From Actibacterium sp. (lineage in GTDB: Bacteria; Pseudomonadota; Alphaproteobacteria; Rhodobacterales; Rhodobacteraceae), in assembly GCA_016278325.1 (NCBI GenBank), contig JADQCB010000015.1, positions 15,479-79,478 on the forward strand: a DNA stretch of 64,000 nt. The letters run 5' to 3'. The notes beneath the pieces were generated by a model that had not been told where the DNA came from, did no database searches, and worked only from the letters and a program-made list of their open reading frames with translations. Below, one piece after another: positions 39,817 to 53,173 of this stretch (its first letter is position 1; every line of letters begins with the position of its first letter). The position numbers and the translations under genes were made by a program.

Positions 39817-40659
39817 ATGATCTCTTCATCGATGAAAACCCTTCTGGCCGCAACGCTTTCGCTGGGGCTGGCCGCGCCGGCGATGGCCGCTGACGCCGAT
39901 ACCGTGGTCGCGACGGTGGGCGAGCAGGAAATCACGCTTGGCCACATGATCGTCATGACCTCGCAACTGCCCAAGCAATATACCCAGCTTCCCGACGATG
40001 TGCTTTACAAGGCGGTTCTGGATCAGCTGATCCGGCAAACCGCCGCGGCCCAGACGGTGAAGGATCACCTGAGCACCGAAGCCAGGATCGCGCTCGAAAA
40101 TCAGCGCACCTCCTTTCTGGCCGGCGAAGCGCTGAACGCGATCGCCGAAGAGGCGGTCAGCGAAGAGGCCATCCAGAAAGCCTATGACGCGAAATATGCC
40201 AGCGCCGAACCGCAAAAGGAACTCAACGCTTCGCATATCCTGGTCAAGACCGAGGACGAGGCCAAGGCGATCGTGAAAAAACTGGCCGATGGCGCCGATT
40301 TCGCCAAGCTGGCACAGGAAAGCTCGACCGGCCCATCGGCCAAATCCGGCGGGACGCTGGGGTGGTTTTCCGAAGGGATGATGGTCAAGCCCTTCGAGGA
40401 GGCCGTGATGGGCATGACCGCCGGCGAGGTTTCGGAGCCGGTGAAAACCCGGTTCGGCTGGCATGTGATCAAGCTGAACGAGACCCGGGAAAAGCCGGTT
40501 CCCGCGCTGAAGGAGGTGCGCGCCGAGATCGTGGACACGCTCAAGCAGGAGGCCGTGAACCAGGCGATCGAGAAGTTGACGGCCCAGGCCGAGATCACCC
40601 GCAGCAAGGAAGAGATTGACCCCGCCCTGTTGCGCAATATGGAGTTGTTGAAGAACTGA
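39817..40659 (+). CDS. parvulin-type peptidyl-prolyl isomerase (PpiC/SurA-like, periplasmic)
   Basis: 280 aa. Signal peptide. ASHILV..GGTLGWF..FGWHVIK rotamase motifs. Confidence 0.85.
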   Translation: MISSSMKTLLAATLSLGLAAPAMAADADTVVATVGEQEITLGHMIVMTSQLPKQYTQLPDDVLYKAVLDQLIRQTAAAQTVKDHLSTEARIALENQRTSFLAGEALNAIAEEAVSEEAIQKAYDAKYASAEPQKELNASHILVKTEDEAKAIVKKLADGADFAKLAQESSTGPSAKSGGTLGWFSEGMMVKPFEEAVMGMTAGEVSEPVKTRFGWHVIKLNETREKPVPALKEVRAEIVDTLKQEAVNQAIEKLTAQAEITRSKEEIDPALLRNMELLKN

Positions 40660-40686
40660 TTTCAGCAAGGGCGGAGCGCGCGGGCG

Positions 40687-42033
40687 ATGGCGAAAAAGAT
40701 CAGCAAGATGTCGAAGGCCGATCTGAAGGCCGAGGTCAAGCGCCTGCGCCGCCGGGCCAGGAAGTTGCTCGGCACCGGGGGAACGGCCCCGGCCGCGCCC
40801 GCCGTTTCGCCGCTCGCCCCGGCCGCCATGCCGGCCTTGCCGCCGGTGGCCGGGGTCGCGTTCGCGACCGGAATGGCCGGGGTTCGCTATCAGGGGCGGG
40901 TCGACGTGATGCTGGCCCGGCTGTGCCCCGGCACCCGGATGGCGGGGGTCTTTACCCGCTCTGCCACCCGCGCGGCGCCGGTTCTGGACTGCGAGGAAAA
41001 GATCGCCCTGCCCGATGACGGGCAGGGGGCCGCGATCATCGTCAATGCCGGCAATGCCAACGCGTTCACCGGTGCCGCGGGCACCGCCGCGGTCGAGGCG
41101 ATCACGCAGGCCGTGGGACAGGCGGTCGGGGTGCCCGGCTCGCGTGTCTTTTCATCCTCGACCGGGGTGATCGGCGACCCGCTGCCGCACCAGCGGATCA
41201 CGGCCGTTCTGGATGATCTCGTCACGCGGCTGGATCCGGCGGGGATGGCCGATGCCGCCCGCGCGATCATGACGACCGACACCTTTGCAAAGGGCGCCTC
41301 GGAAACCGTCGAGATCGGGGGCGAAACCGTGACGATCGCCGGTATCGCCAAGGGATCGGGGATGATTGCCCCGGACATGGCGACGATGCTCGTCTATCTG
41401 TTCACCGATGCGCGAATCGCCCGTGCGCCACTGCAGACCCTGTTGTCCCGGCTGACGGGCCCCACCTTCAACAGCATCACCGTGGACGGCGATACCTCGA
41501 CCTCGGACACGCTGCTGCTGGCGGCGACCGGGCAAAGCAGGGCGCCCGAGATTACCGACCTTCGCGGCAAGCCCGCGAAGGATTTCGCCGCCGCGCTGGA
41601 GCGCGTGATGCTGAACCTGGCGCATCAGGTGATCCGGGATGGCGAGGGTGCGACGAAATTCGTCGAGGTGGCGGTGACCGGCGCCGACAACGATGCGGAT
41701 GCGCGCAAGGTCGCGATGGCGATCGCCAATTCGCCGCTGGTCAAGACCGCGATCGCGGGCGAAGACCCCAACTGGGGCCGCGTGGTGATGGCCGTCGGCA
41801 AATCCGGTGCCCGGGCCGACCGCGACCTGCTTTCGATCCGGTTCGGCGATATCCTGGTGGCGGAAAAGGGGTGGCGCGCCGAAAGCTACACCGAAGAGGC
41901 GGGGGCCGCCTATATGAGACGGCCGGAACTGGTGATCGGCGTCGATCTGGGACTGGGGCGCGGCAAGTCCACGGTCTGGACCTGCGACCTGACGCATCGC
42001 TATATCGACATCAACGCCGACTACCGTTCATGA
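40687..42033 (+). CDS. argJ: bifunctional glutamate N-acetyltransferase / amino-acid acetyltransferase
   Basis: 448 aa. Autoprocessing region TMLVYLFTDA and the rest of ArgJ. Carries an extra basic N-terminal segment of about 39 aa. Confidence 0.88.
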   Translation: MAKKISKMSKADLKAEVKRLRRRARKLLGTGGTAPAAPAVSPLAPAAMPALPPVAGVAFATGMAGVRYQGRVDVMLARLCPGTRMAGVFTRSATRAAPVLDCEEKIALPDDGQGAAIIVNAGNANAFTGAAGTAAVEAITQAVGQAVGVPGSRVFSSSTGVIGDPLPHQRITAVLDDLVTRLDPAGMADAARAIMTTDTFAKGASETVEIGGETVTIAGIAKGSGMIAPDMATMLVYLFTDARIARAPLQTLLSRLTGPTFNSITVDGDTSTSDTLLLAATGQSRAPEITDLRGKPAKDFAAALERVMLNLAHQVIRDGEGATKFVEVAVTGADNDADARKVAMAIANSPLVKTAIAGEDPNWGRVVMAVGKSGARADRDLLSIRFGDILVAEKGWRAESYTEEAGAAYMRRPELVIGVDLGLGRGKSTVWTCDLTHRYIDINADYRS

Positions 42034-42428
42034 AGACGGTTCTCGTATCGGCGGTCGCGCTGATCGACGCGGATGGCCGCGTTCTGCTGGCGCAACGACC
42101 GGCCGGCAAGTCCATGCCCGGCCTGTGGGAATTTCCCGGCGGCAAGGTCGAGCCGGGCGAGACGCCCGAGGCCGCGCTGATCCGCGAATTGCACGAAGAA
42201 CTGGCCATCGACACATGGGCCAGCTGCCTGGCGCCACTGACCTTCGCCAGCCACAGCTATGCCGATTTCCACCTGCTGATGCCGCTTTTCGCCTGCCGCA
42301 AATGGCAGGGAATCGCGCGCCCGCAGGAGGGGCAGGTGCTGAAATGGGTCCGGGTGGGGCAGTTGAAGGACTATCCCATGCCGCCCGCGGACATCCCCCT
42401 GATCCCGATCCTGCGCGACTGGCTTTGA
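42030..42428 (+). CDS. mutT: Nudix hydrolase (8-oxo-dGTP diphosphatase MutT-like)
   Basis: ATG at 42030 overlaps the argJ stop. Nudix box GGKVEPGETPEAALIRELHEEL. Confidence 0.85.
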   Translation: MKTVLVSAVALIDADGRVLLAQRPAGKSMPGLWEFPGGKVEPGETPEAALIRELHEELAIDTWASCLAPLTFASHSYADFHLLMPLFACRKWQGIARPQEGQVLKWVRVGQLKDYPMPPADIPLIPILRDWL

Positions 42429-42623
42429 CTGGCTGTCGATCTTGCCCGCGCACGCCCCGCCGCGCCCGTGGCCGGGCGCGCCGTTGCTTGTGCCGGGAAG
42501 AATCTGCTTTACAGTGTCGCGCTTTCGGAACACCATATATTGTAAGGGCGGCGCATGGTGTGCCCCGCACCTTGATGGCGGATCTAGGCATAGTGGAATC
42601 GAGAGGTCACTAGCCTGCAACGT

Positions 42624-43139
42624 ATGAGGCCGGGCATGTCACTTTCCGAAGACTTCCTGTTTTCCGAGGAAATTCACCCCATCGACCTTGTCGAGCACAT
42701 TGCCGAGCATCACGAGTGGGAATTCGACCGCATCACCGACGACCAGATCGCGATGGCGGTCGAGGGGCAATGGCGGACCTATTCGATCACCCTGGCGCTT
42801 TCGCCGCAGGACGAGACGCTTCGCCTGATCTGCAGCTTCGAAATGGAACCGCCCGAGGATACGCTGCCGCTGCTCTACGAGACGTTGAACCGAAGCAACG
42901 ACCTGTGCTGGACCGGGGCATTCACCTATTGGGCGACGCAGCGGTTGATGGTCTATCGCTACGGCCTGGTGCTTGCCGGGGGACAGGGGGTCAGCGCCGA
43001 ACAGCTAGATCGTTTGATCGCCACCTCGGTCGTCGCCTGCGAGCGTTTCTATCCCGCCTTCCAACTGGTCGCCTGGGGCGGGCAAAGCCCGCAAGAGGCG
43101 ATGAACGTCGCCATCGCCGAGGCTTACGGACGCGCATGA
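42624..43139 (+). CDS. YbjN-domain protein (unknown function)
   Basis: 171 aa. Acidic. Resembles the YbjN-like proteins commonly found before proC in alphaproteobacteria (from memory). Confidence 0.55.
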   Translation: MRPGMSLSEDFLFSEEIHPIDLVEHIAEHHEWEFDRITDDQIAMAVEGQWRTYSITLALSPQDETLRLICSFEMEPPEDTLPLLYETLNRSNDLCWTGAFTYWATQRLMVYRYGLVLAGGQGVSAEQLDRLIATSVVACERFYPAFQLVAWGGQSPQEAMNVAIAEAYGRA

Positions 43140-43240
43140 GCCGCCCGCCGGGGTGAAATCGCCACCAGCGCCCCCGCGCGGCATTGAAGCCGGCCGGGTG
43201 CCGCCCTAACCTGCCCGCGAAATCAAAGGCGAGGTGGATC

Positions 43241-44062
43241 ATGGATGTGGCGGAACTCGGCAGCCGGGGGCTGGTGCTGCTTGGCTGCGGCAAGATGGGA
43301 TCGGCGATGCTTGCGGGATGGCTCACCCGGGGGCTTTCGGCAAGCTCGGTCTGGGTTCAGGACCCGAAACCCTCCGAATGGCTGATCGGGCTCGAAAAAC
43401 AGGGGCTGCGCCTGAACGCGAGCCTGCCCGCGAAACCGGCCGTCGTGCTGGTGGCGGTAAAACCGCAGATGATGGAGGATGCGTTGCCCGCGCTGGCCGG
43501 TCTGGGCGGCGGCGACACGGTCTTTCTTTCGGTCGCCGCGGGCACGCCGATCGCCTTGTTCGAACGGATCCTGGGCGCGCAGACCCCGATCATCCGCGCC
43601 ATGCCGAACACCCCCGCGGCAGTGGGCCGGGGGATCACCTCGCTGATCGGGAATGCCCGCGCCGGCGAGGCGCAGATGCAGATTGCCGAGGCTTTGCTTT
43701 CCGCGGTGGGACAGACCGTGCGGCTGGACAACGAGGGGCAGATGGACGCGGTGACGGCCGTCTCGGGGTCGGGGCCGGCCTATGTGTTTCTTCTGATCGA
43801 AACGCTGGCCGCCGCGGGAGCGGAACAGGGCCTGCCCCCCGAGCTGGCGATGAAGCTGGCCAGGGCGACCGTCGGCGGCGCCGGGCAACTGGCCGAGGAC
43901 GCGGATGAGCCGCCCTCGCAGTTGCGGATCAATGTCACCTCGCCCGGCGGAACGACGGCTGCGGCGCTGGACATCCTCATGGACGCGGAAACCGGCTTTC
44001 CCGCCCTGCTGCGGCGGGCCGTGGCCGCCGCGGCCGAGCGCAGCCGGGAACTGGGCCGATGA
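43241..44062 (+). CDS. proC: pyrroline-5-carboxylate reductase
   Basis: ORF 43184..44062, ATG at 43241. [11 protein letters not shown] Rossmann start, RAMPNTPA and SPGGTT motifs. Confidence 0.9.
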   Translation: MDVAELGSRGLVLLGCGKMGSAMLAGWLTRGLSASSVWVQDPKPSEWLIGLEKQGLRLNASLPAKPAVVLVAVKPQMMEDALPALAGLGGGDTVFLSVAAGTPIALFERILGAQTPIIRAMPNTPAAVGRGITSLIGNARAGEAQMQIAEALLSAVGQTVRLDNEGQMDAVTAVSGSGPAYVFLLIETLAAAGAEQGLPPELAMKLARATVGGAGQLAEDADEPPSQLRINVTSPGGTTAAALDILMDAETGFPALLRRAVAAAAERSRELGR

Positions 44063-44397
44063 ACCGGATCGATTTCGAGGATTTCCAGAAGGTCGATATC
44101 CGGGTCGGCCGGATCACCCGGGCCGAACCCTTCCCCGAGGCGCGCAAGCCCGCGATCAAGCTGTGGATCGATTTCGGCCCCGACATCGGCGAGAAGAAAA
44201 GCTCGGCGCAGATCACCGCGCATTACGCCCCCTCCGACCTGCCGGGCAAGACGGTGATGGCGGTTGTCAATTTCCCGCCGCGCCAGATCGGCAGGTTCAT
44301 GTCCGAGGTTCTGGTGCTGGGCGTCCCCGATGCGGCGGGCGAGATCGTGCTGGCCACGCCCGACAGCGACGTGCCCATCGGCGGCCGGCTGCATTGA
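44059..44397 (+). CDS. tRNA-binding (EMAP/CsaA-like) domain protein
   Basis: 112 aa. [26 protein letters not shown]. Confidence 0.8.
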   Translation: MNRIDFEDFQKVDIRVGRITRAEPFPEARKPAIKLWIDFGPDIGEKKSSAQITAHYAPSDLPGKTVMAVVNFPPRQIGRFMSEVLVLGVPDAAGEIVLATPDSDVPIGGRLH

Positions 44398-44458
44398 GCC
44401 GCCCGGGGTTGATCGCCGGCACCGGGTTCGCACCCCGCGCCGGCGTGTCGGGGACCGG

Positions 44459-45718
44459 TCAGGCCGCCATCTTGGCGCCCTTGCCCCGCCGCGGGCGCGA
44501 CCGCCGCCGGCCACCGCCATTGCCCGACGGGGCATTGCCGGGCTTGCGCGGCTGGGTTTTCCTCTCGAACGGCGGTTCGCCCGAGGCGACGGGAATGCTG
44601 ACCCCCATCGTCTTTTCGATCGCGCGCAGCTCGCCAATCTCTTCGGGGGCGCAGAAGGCGATGGCGGCCCCGTCACGCCCGGCACGGGCGGTGCGCCCGA
44701 TCCGGTGGATATAGTTCTCGGGCACATTGGGCAGGTCGAAATTATAGACATGCGCCACGCCGGGAATGTCGATGCCGCGGGCGGCGACATCGGTCGCCAC
44801 GAGCACGTCGATCGCCCCGTCGCGGAACGCCTTGAGGGTGCGCTCGCGCTGGTTCTGGCTCTTGTTGCCGTGGATCGAGCCGGCGGCGAAACCCGCGGCC
44901 TCCAGCTGTTTCTTCAACCGTTCCGAGCCATGCTTGGTGCGGCCGAAGACCAGCGCCATCTCGCCCGAATGCCCGGCCAGAAGCGCCTTCAGCTTTGTCG
45001 GCTTGTCGCCCTTGTCGACGAAATGAACCTCTTGCGTGATCTTGTCCACGGCCTTACCCGGCGGAGAGACCTGAACCCGCAGCGGGTTATAGAGATAGGC
45101 CTGCGCGATCTCGTTCATCTGTGCGTTCATCGTTGCCGAAAAGCACAGTGTCTGACGCGGCTTGGCAAGCAGCTTTGCGATCCGCCGCAAGGCATGGATA
45201 AAGCCCATGTCCAGCATCTGATCGGCTTCGTCCAGCACCAGATATTCGGTTTTGCCAAGGCTCAGCGCCCGGCGCTCGATCAGGTCGAGCAGACGGCCGG
45301 GCGTGGCCACCAAAATATCGGTGCCGCGCGACAGCGCGCGCGTCTGAACGTTGAGAGAGGCGCCGCCGACGACGCAGGTGACCCGCGTCGGCGTGCCATT
45401 GGTGAACCCCGTCAGCGTTTCGGCAATCTGGTTCACCAGCTCGCGCGTCGGGGCCAGGATCAGCGCACGGGCGGTACCCGGAAGGGCGCGGCCGCCGTCC
45501 TGGCGCAACCGCTGGATCAGAGGCAGGCCGAAGGCCAGCGTCTTGCCGGTTCCGGTCTGGGCCAGGCCCATCAGGTCGCGCCCCTCCAGGATATGCGGGA
45601 TCGCCTGTGCCTGGATCGGGGTCGGGGTATCGAACCCCTTGGCGGCAATGGCCTTGGTAAGCTCCGGCGCAAGGCCGAGCGTGGAGAAATCGGTCAAATC
45701 AAACCTTTCGGCGGGCAA
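44459..45718 (-). CDS. rhlE: DEAD-box ATP-dependent RNA helicase (RhlE-like)
   Basis: 419 aa. AQTGTGKT, DEAD, SAT and HRIGRTARAG motifs. Arg/Gly-rich tail. TTG start is uncertain. Confidence 0.88.
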   Translation of the reverse strand: MPAERFDLTDFSTLGLAPELTKAIAAKGFDTPTPIQAQAIPHILEGRDLMGLAQTGTGKTLAFGLPLIQRLRQDGGRALPGTARALILAPTRELVNQIAETLTGFTNGTPTRVTCVVGGASLNVQTRALSRGTDILVATPGRLLDLIERRALSLGKTEYLVLDEADQMLDMGFIHALRRIAKLLAKPRQTLCFSATMNAQMNEIAQAYLYNPLRVQVSPPGKAVDKITQEVHFVDKGDKPTKLKALLAGHSGEMALVFGRTKHGSERLKKQLEAAGFAAGSIHGNKSQNQRERTLKAFRDGAIDVLVATDVAARGIDIPGVAHVYNFDLPNVPENYIHRIGRTARAGRDGAAIAFCAPEEIGELRAIEKTMGVSIPVASGEPPFERKTQPRKPGNAPSGNGGGRRRSRPRRGKGAKMAA

Positions 45719-46050
45719 TCCGTGGCCCGCATTCGCATGGGTTGCGGCAAGGCCCGGACATCCGGGCCGAATGCCCGAAAACCCGCCTTACCGCCTGGAC
45801 CCTCGCGTGACATGGGAACCATGGGTGGGGCATCTTTCACATGCCCCGATCGCCCGTCGCCGCGATCGGCTGCTCACGCGGCAGCAGGGCGTCGGATTGC
45901 GTGTCACATGGCGGTTTGCCGGCGGCAAGTCAAGCGCATAAGCAGACCGTGGTCGATTGCCCTATGCCAGCCGAGCGGTTATCTGTCGATAATGCGGGCA
46001 CAGCGCGCGGATTGCCCGGCAGGGGTCGGGCTGCGGATTGGAAAGTCGGA

Positions 46051-47466
46051 ATGCAATTCGTGGTCTTCGCAAACGGGATCGTCCTTTGCTTCTCGGCGCT
46101 GCTTATGGTGCTGGTCGCGCTCTTGTTTCCGGCCACGGCGGATGCTTTCGGCGCGGCGGCCCTGTTGTCCGGCGCGCTGGGGCTGATGCTGTCGATCGCA
46201 ACCTCGGCCTCTTTCACCGGGTTTCGCCGGTTGCATACCTTCATCCTGACGTCGAGCGTCTGGCTGACCGCGGCCCTGGCCGGGGGGTTACCGCTGTATC
46301 TGTGGCAGATGTCGCCCGTCGATGCCCTGTTCGAGGCGATGTCCGGGATCACCACGACCGGCTCGACCGTGATGAGCGGGCTGGACAGCACGCCGCGCGG
46401 CATCCTTTTGTGGCGGGCGATCCTGCAAGGCCTGGGCGGGGTCGGGTTCGTCGTTACCGGCATCGCGCTGCTGCCGATCCTCAGGGTGGGCGGGATGCAG
46501 CTTTTCCGGACCGAGAGCTCCGACAAGGGTGAGAAGGAGCTCAACACCGCCGCGGGTTTTGCCCTGGCGACCCTCATCGTCTATCTGTCCCTGATCGGGC
46601 TTTGCGTCCTGGCCTATTTCGCCGGCGGGATGAGCTTTTTCGACGCGATCAGCCATGCGCTGACGACGGTCTCGACCGGCGGATATTCGACCTATGATGC
46701 CTCTTTCGGCCATTTCCAAAGCGGCTTTCTGCAATGGGCCGCGACAGTTTTCATGATCCTGGGGGCGCTGCCCTTCGCCTGGTACATTCGCGCCGTGAAT
46801 CGTGGCGCCTTTCGCAGCGAGCAGGTTCAGGCGATGCTCTGGCGGCTGGGCTGGGTTATCGTGATGCTCGTGATCTGGCGCGTGGCGACATCGGACACCG
46901 GCCTTCTGACTGCGCTGCGCGAAGTGTCCTTCAACGTCGTCTCGGTGGTCACCACAACCGGTTTCGCGACGACCGATTACACATCCTGGGGCTCGGTCGC
47001 CACCGTGGCCTTTTTCCTTCTGACGGCGGTGGGCGGGTGCACCGGCTCGACCGCGGGGGGGGCAAAGGCCATGCGCTGGGTGCTGCTGGCGCGCAGCGTC
47101 TGGCTTCAGATGGGCAAGGTCTACCAGCCCAACGCCGTGTCAGTCCTGCGATACGAGGGCCGCCGGGTCGAGGATGACGTCCTGGCCGGGGTCATCGCCT
47201 TTTTCTCGATCTACTTCATGACCTTCGCGCTGCTGGCCGCGGCGCTGGGGCTGACCGGGCTGGGCTTTACCACCGCGGTCAGCGGCGCGCTGACGGCCCT
47301 TGCCAATGTCGGGCCCGGGATCGGGCCGGTCATCGGCCCGGCCGGAAACTTCGCATCGCTGGGAGACGATGCCAAGATGCTGCTGATCTTCGGCATGTTC
47401 GTCGGTCGGCTGGAAATCCTGACCGTGTTCGTGCTGTTCACCGCGGCCTTCTGGCGCGAGGTCTGA
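46051..47466 (+). CDS. trkH: TrkH-family potassium uptake protein
   Basis: ORF 45841..47466, ATG at 46051. Multi-pass, with repeated selectivity-filter-like GTTGS/TGGYST/TTGFAT/GSTAGG loops. Confidence 0.88.
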   Translation: MQFVVFANGIVLCFSALLMVLVALLFPATADAFGAAALLSGALGLMLSIATSASFTGFRRLHTFILTSSVWLTAALAGGLPLYLWQMSPVDALFEAMSGITTTGSTVMSGLDSTPRGILLWRAILQGLGGVGFVVTGIALLPILRVGGMQLFRTESSDKGEKELNTAAGFALATLIVYLSLIGLCVLAYFAGGMSFFDAISHALTTVSTGGYSTYDASFGHFQSGFLQWAATVFMILGALPFAWYIRAVNRGAFRSEQVQAMLWRLGWVIVMLVIWRVATSDTGLLTALREVSFNVVSVVTTTGFATTDYTSWGSVATVAFFLLTAVGGCTGSTAGGAKAMRWVLLARSVWLQMGKVYQPNAVSVLRYEGRRVEDDVLAGVIAFFSIYFMTFALLAAALGLTGLGFTTAVSGALTALANVGPGIGPVIGPAGNFASLGDDAKMLLIFGMFVGRLEILTVFVLFTAAFWREV

Positions 47467-47497
47467 ACAAGCGGCGGGGCCCGCCCACGGGTTGCGA

Positions 47498-50728
<3,231 letters not shown>

Positions 50729-50874
50729 GGCCCGTCCTCCGGAGTGGCGAAAATCCCGGGGGTTATATCCAAGCGCCGAACAGGCGCAAGCCCTCGCCGG
50801 GGCGCAGCAGATTTGAAGATCGCCCGCCGCGCCTGTATACGCGGCACGCGGGCACACCAAAAGGGACTCTGGCA

Positions 50875-51540
50875 ATGCGGGTGAATTCTGCGCTCCGGCA
50901 TCCGTCCGCCCGGCGGTTGCGTGCCGAGTTCGCAACGCTCTACATCGCCGCGCCGATCGTGATGGCGGTTGCGCTGCCGGCGGCATGGATGTTTCCCGCC
51001 CTGGTCACGATCACCTTGCTGGGCATGTCGTTGCTGACTGGAACCCCGGGCTTCTGCTGGCGCGACCTGGCGCGGGCGACGCCCTGGCGATACTGGCGCA
51101 TCATGGCCGCTTTCACGGCGGTCACGCTGCTTGTGGCCGGCGCGGTGATGCTGGCCACCGCGCCCGACCGGCTTTTCGCCCTGGCGCGGCAGTGCCCGCT
51201 CTTCCTGCTGCTGATCGTCCTGCTCTACCCGGTCCTGTCGGCCCTGCCGCAAGAGCTGGTCTTCCGCGTGCTCTTCTTCCGGCGATATGGCGCGCTGCTA
51301 CCCGCGCAGACGCCGGCGATCTTGCTGAATGCCGCGCTGTTCTCGCTGGCCCACCTGATGTACTGGAGCTGGATCGTCACCGCCATGACCTTCTGCGGCG
51401 GGCTTTTCTTCGCCTGGGCCTACGCGGTCCGGCGCAACTTCGCGCTGGCCCTGTTGCTGCATTGCATCGCCGGCTGGATCATCTTCACGATCGGACTGGG
51501 CATTCACTTCTATTCGGGAAACGTGACCCGTCCGTTCTGA
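50875..51540 (+). CDS. CPBP-family intramembrane glutamic endopeptidase (CAAX protease-like)
   Basis: 221 aa. Multi-pass. EL(V)FR and FSLAH motifs. Confidence 0.75.
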   Translation: MRVNSALRHPSARRLRAEFATLYIAAPIVMAVALPAAWMFPALVTITLLGMSLLTGTPGFCWRDLARATPWRYWRIMAAFTAVTLLVAGAVMLATAPDRLFALARQCPLFLLLIVLLYPVLSALPQELVFRVLFFRRYGALLPAQTPAILLNAALFSLAHLMYWSWIVTAMTFCGGLFFAWAYAVRRNFALALLLHCIAGWIIFTIGLGIHFYSGNVTRPF

Positions 51541-51657
51541 TCGCTTCTCCCCGGGCAAAATACTCCGGGGAGTTTGAGGGGTGGAACCCCTCATTCTGCC
51601 CGCAGGGCGCATGATCTTGCGCGCAACGCGCGCTCGACCGCTTCGGCAAGCAACCGT

Positions 51658-52893
51658 CTATTCCGCGGCCGCGCAAAGATGGCCGTCATGCGAGCCGTCA
51701 CGATACAGGTAATCGCGGCTCAGCGGCACCGCGTCCAGCTTGCGGCTCAGCTGGAACTGGAACACCACCTGGCGGTTATACCGAAAGGTCATTTCGCTGG
51801 CCGTCAGGTAATAACGCCACATCCGGCAGAAACGCTCGTCATAAAGCGCGCGGGCCGCGTCGATATTGGACATGAACCGCTCGTACCAGTGGCGCAGCGT
51901 TTCGGCGTAATGCATGCGCCAGACCTCGACATCGGTCGAAATCAGGTCGGCCTTCTCGATCGCGGCCATCGCCTCGGACATGGCCGGCACATAGCCGCCG
52001 GGAAAGATGTATTTCTGGATCCACGGAGAGGTGCCGCCCGGCGGGCTGGTCCGCCCGATCGTGTGGATCAGCGCGATGCCGTTCTCGGTCAGCTTGTCGC
52101 GGACATGGGTGAAATACTCGTTGTAATGCGGTGTGCCCACATGCTCGAACATGCCGACCGACACGATCCGGTCGAAGTTTTCCTTCACGTCGCGATAATC
52201 GCAAAGGCGGAATTCCACCTTGTCGTCCAGGCCCTCTGCCTTCGCGCGTTCGGTGGCGACGCGGTGCTGTTCCGCGCTCAGCGTCACGCCGAGGACCTGC
52301 GCGCCGAAATCGCGCGCCAGCGTCAGCGCCATGCCGCCCCAGCCGCAACCGATGTCCAGCACCCGCATCCCCGGTTCCAGCAGCAGCTTGCCGGCGATAT
52401 GCGCCTTCTTCTGCGCCTGGGCCTGTTCAAGGCTGTCATCGGGGGTGATGAAATAGGCGCAGGAATATTGCTTGTCCTCATCCAGGAACAGGTCGTAAAG
52501 CTGCCCGGACAGGTCATAGTGATGCGCCACGTTGCGCCGGGCGCGGCTGGCGGGATTGTATTGCTGGATATGCCGCATCCAGCGTTGCAGCACCAGGTTG
52601 GCCTCGACCGCCCAATGCGTGTGGCCGGCCCCGCGGTTGCGCAGGATCAGCCTCAGGAAACCGCGCAGATCATCGTCACCGATCACGAGCGTCTCGTTCA
52701 TGTAGGCCTCGCCCACCGCCATGTCCGGGCCCATGATGATCCGGCGCGCCAGCGCCGGGTCGGTCATCGTCACGCTGACCTGCAGGTCACCGCCCGGCCC
52801 ATAACGTCTTGCGGTGCCGTCGGGATAGGTTACCTCAAGCTGACCGATCCTGATCAGGTCAACGAGAAGCCGGTCCAACAACCTGTTCCACAT
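51658..52893 (-). CDS. cfa: cyclopropane-fatty-acyl-phospholipid synthase family methyltransferase
   Basis: ORF 51658..52986. Start MWNRLLDRLL (CAT 52891-52893). VLDIGCGWGG SAM motif. Confidence 0.85.
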   Translation of the reverse strand: MWNRLLDRLLVDLIRIGQLEVTYPDGTARRYGPGGDLQVSVTMTDPALARRIIMGPDMAVGEAYMNETLVIGDDDLRGFLRLILRNRGAGHTHWAVEANLVLQRWMRHIQQYNPASRARRNVAHHYDLSGQLYDLFLDEDKQYSCAYFITPDDSLEQAQAQKKAHIAGKLLLEPGMRVLDIGCGWGGMALTLARDFGAQVLGVTLSAEQHRVATERAKAEGLDDKVEFRLCDYRDVKENFDRIVSVGMFEHVGTPHYNEYFTHVRDKLTENGIALIHTIGRTSPPGGTSPWIQKYIFPGGYVPAMSEAMAAIEKADLISTDVEVWRMHYAETLRHWYERFMSNIDAARALYDERFCRMWRYYLTASEMTFRYNRQVVFQFQLSRKLDAVPLSRDYLYRDGSHDGHLCAAAE

Positions 52894-53173
52894 GCACACC
52901 CCCTTGGACCCTGCCGGCCCGTCGAATTCACGTCTGTCTTTTCCCCGGCCCGGGACCGGGCGTCGGTTTTCTGCTTGCTCACCCATAGTTTATGTAAATT
53001 AACCCGGCTGTCCAGCTTCCGGCCGAGCACTGAGGACAGCGGGCCGATGGGCCGGCCCCGATTGCGCCGACAGCGCTTTGCGAAGGGACCTGCCGCGTCG
53101 CTTCTCTTGACTTTGCCGCCGCAGACGGGTGTATCGGCGCGGACCGAAACCAGGAACCCTTGGGGGATACCCG

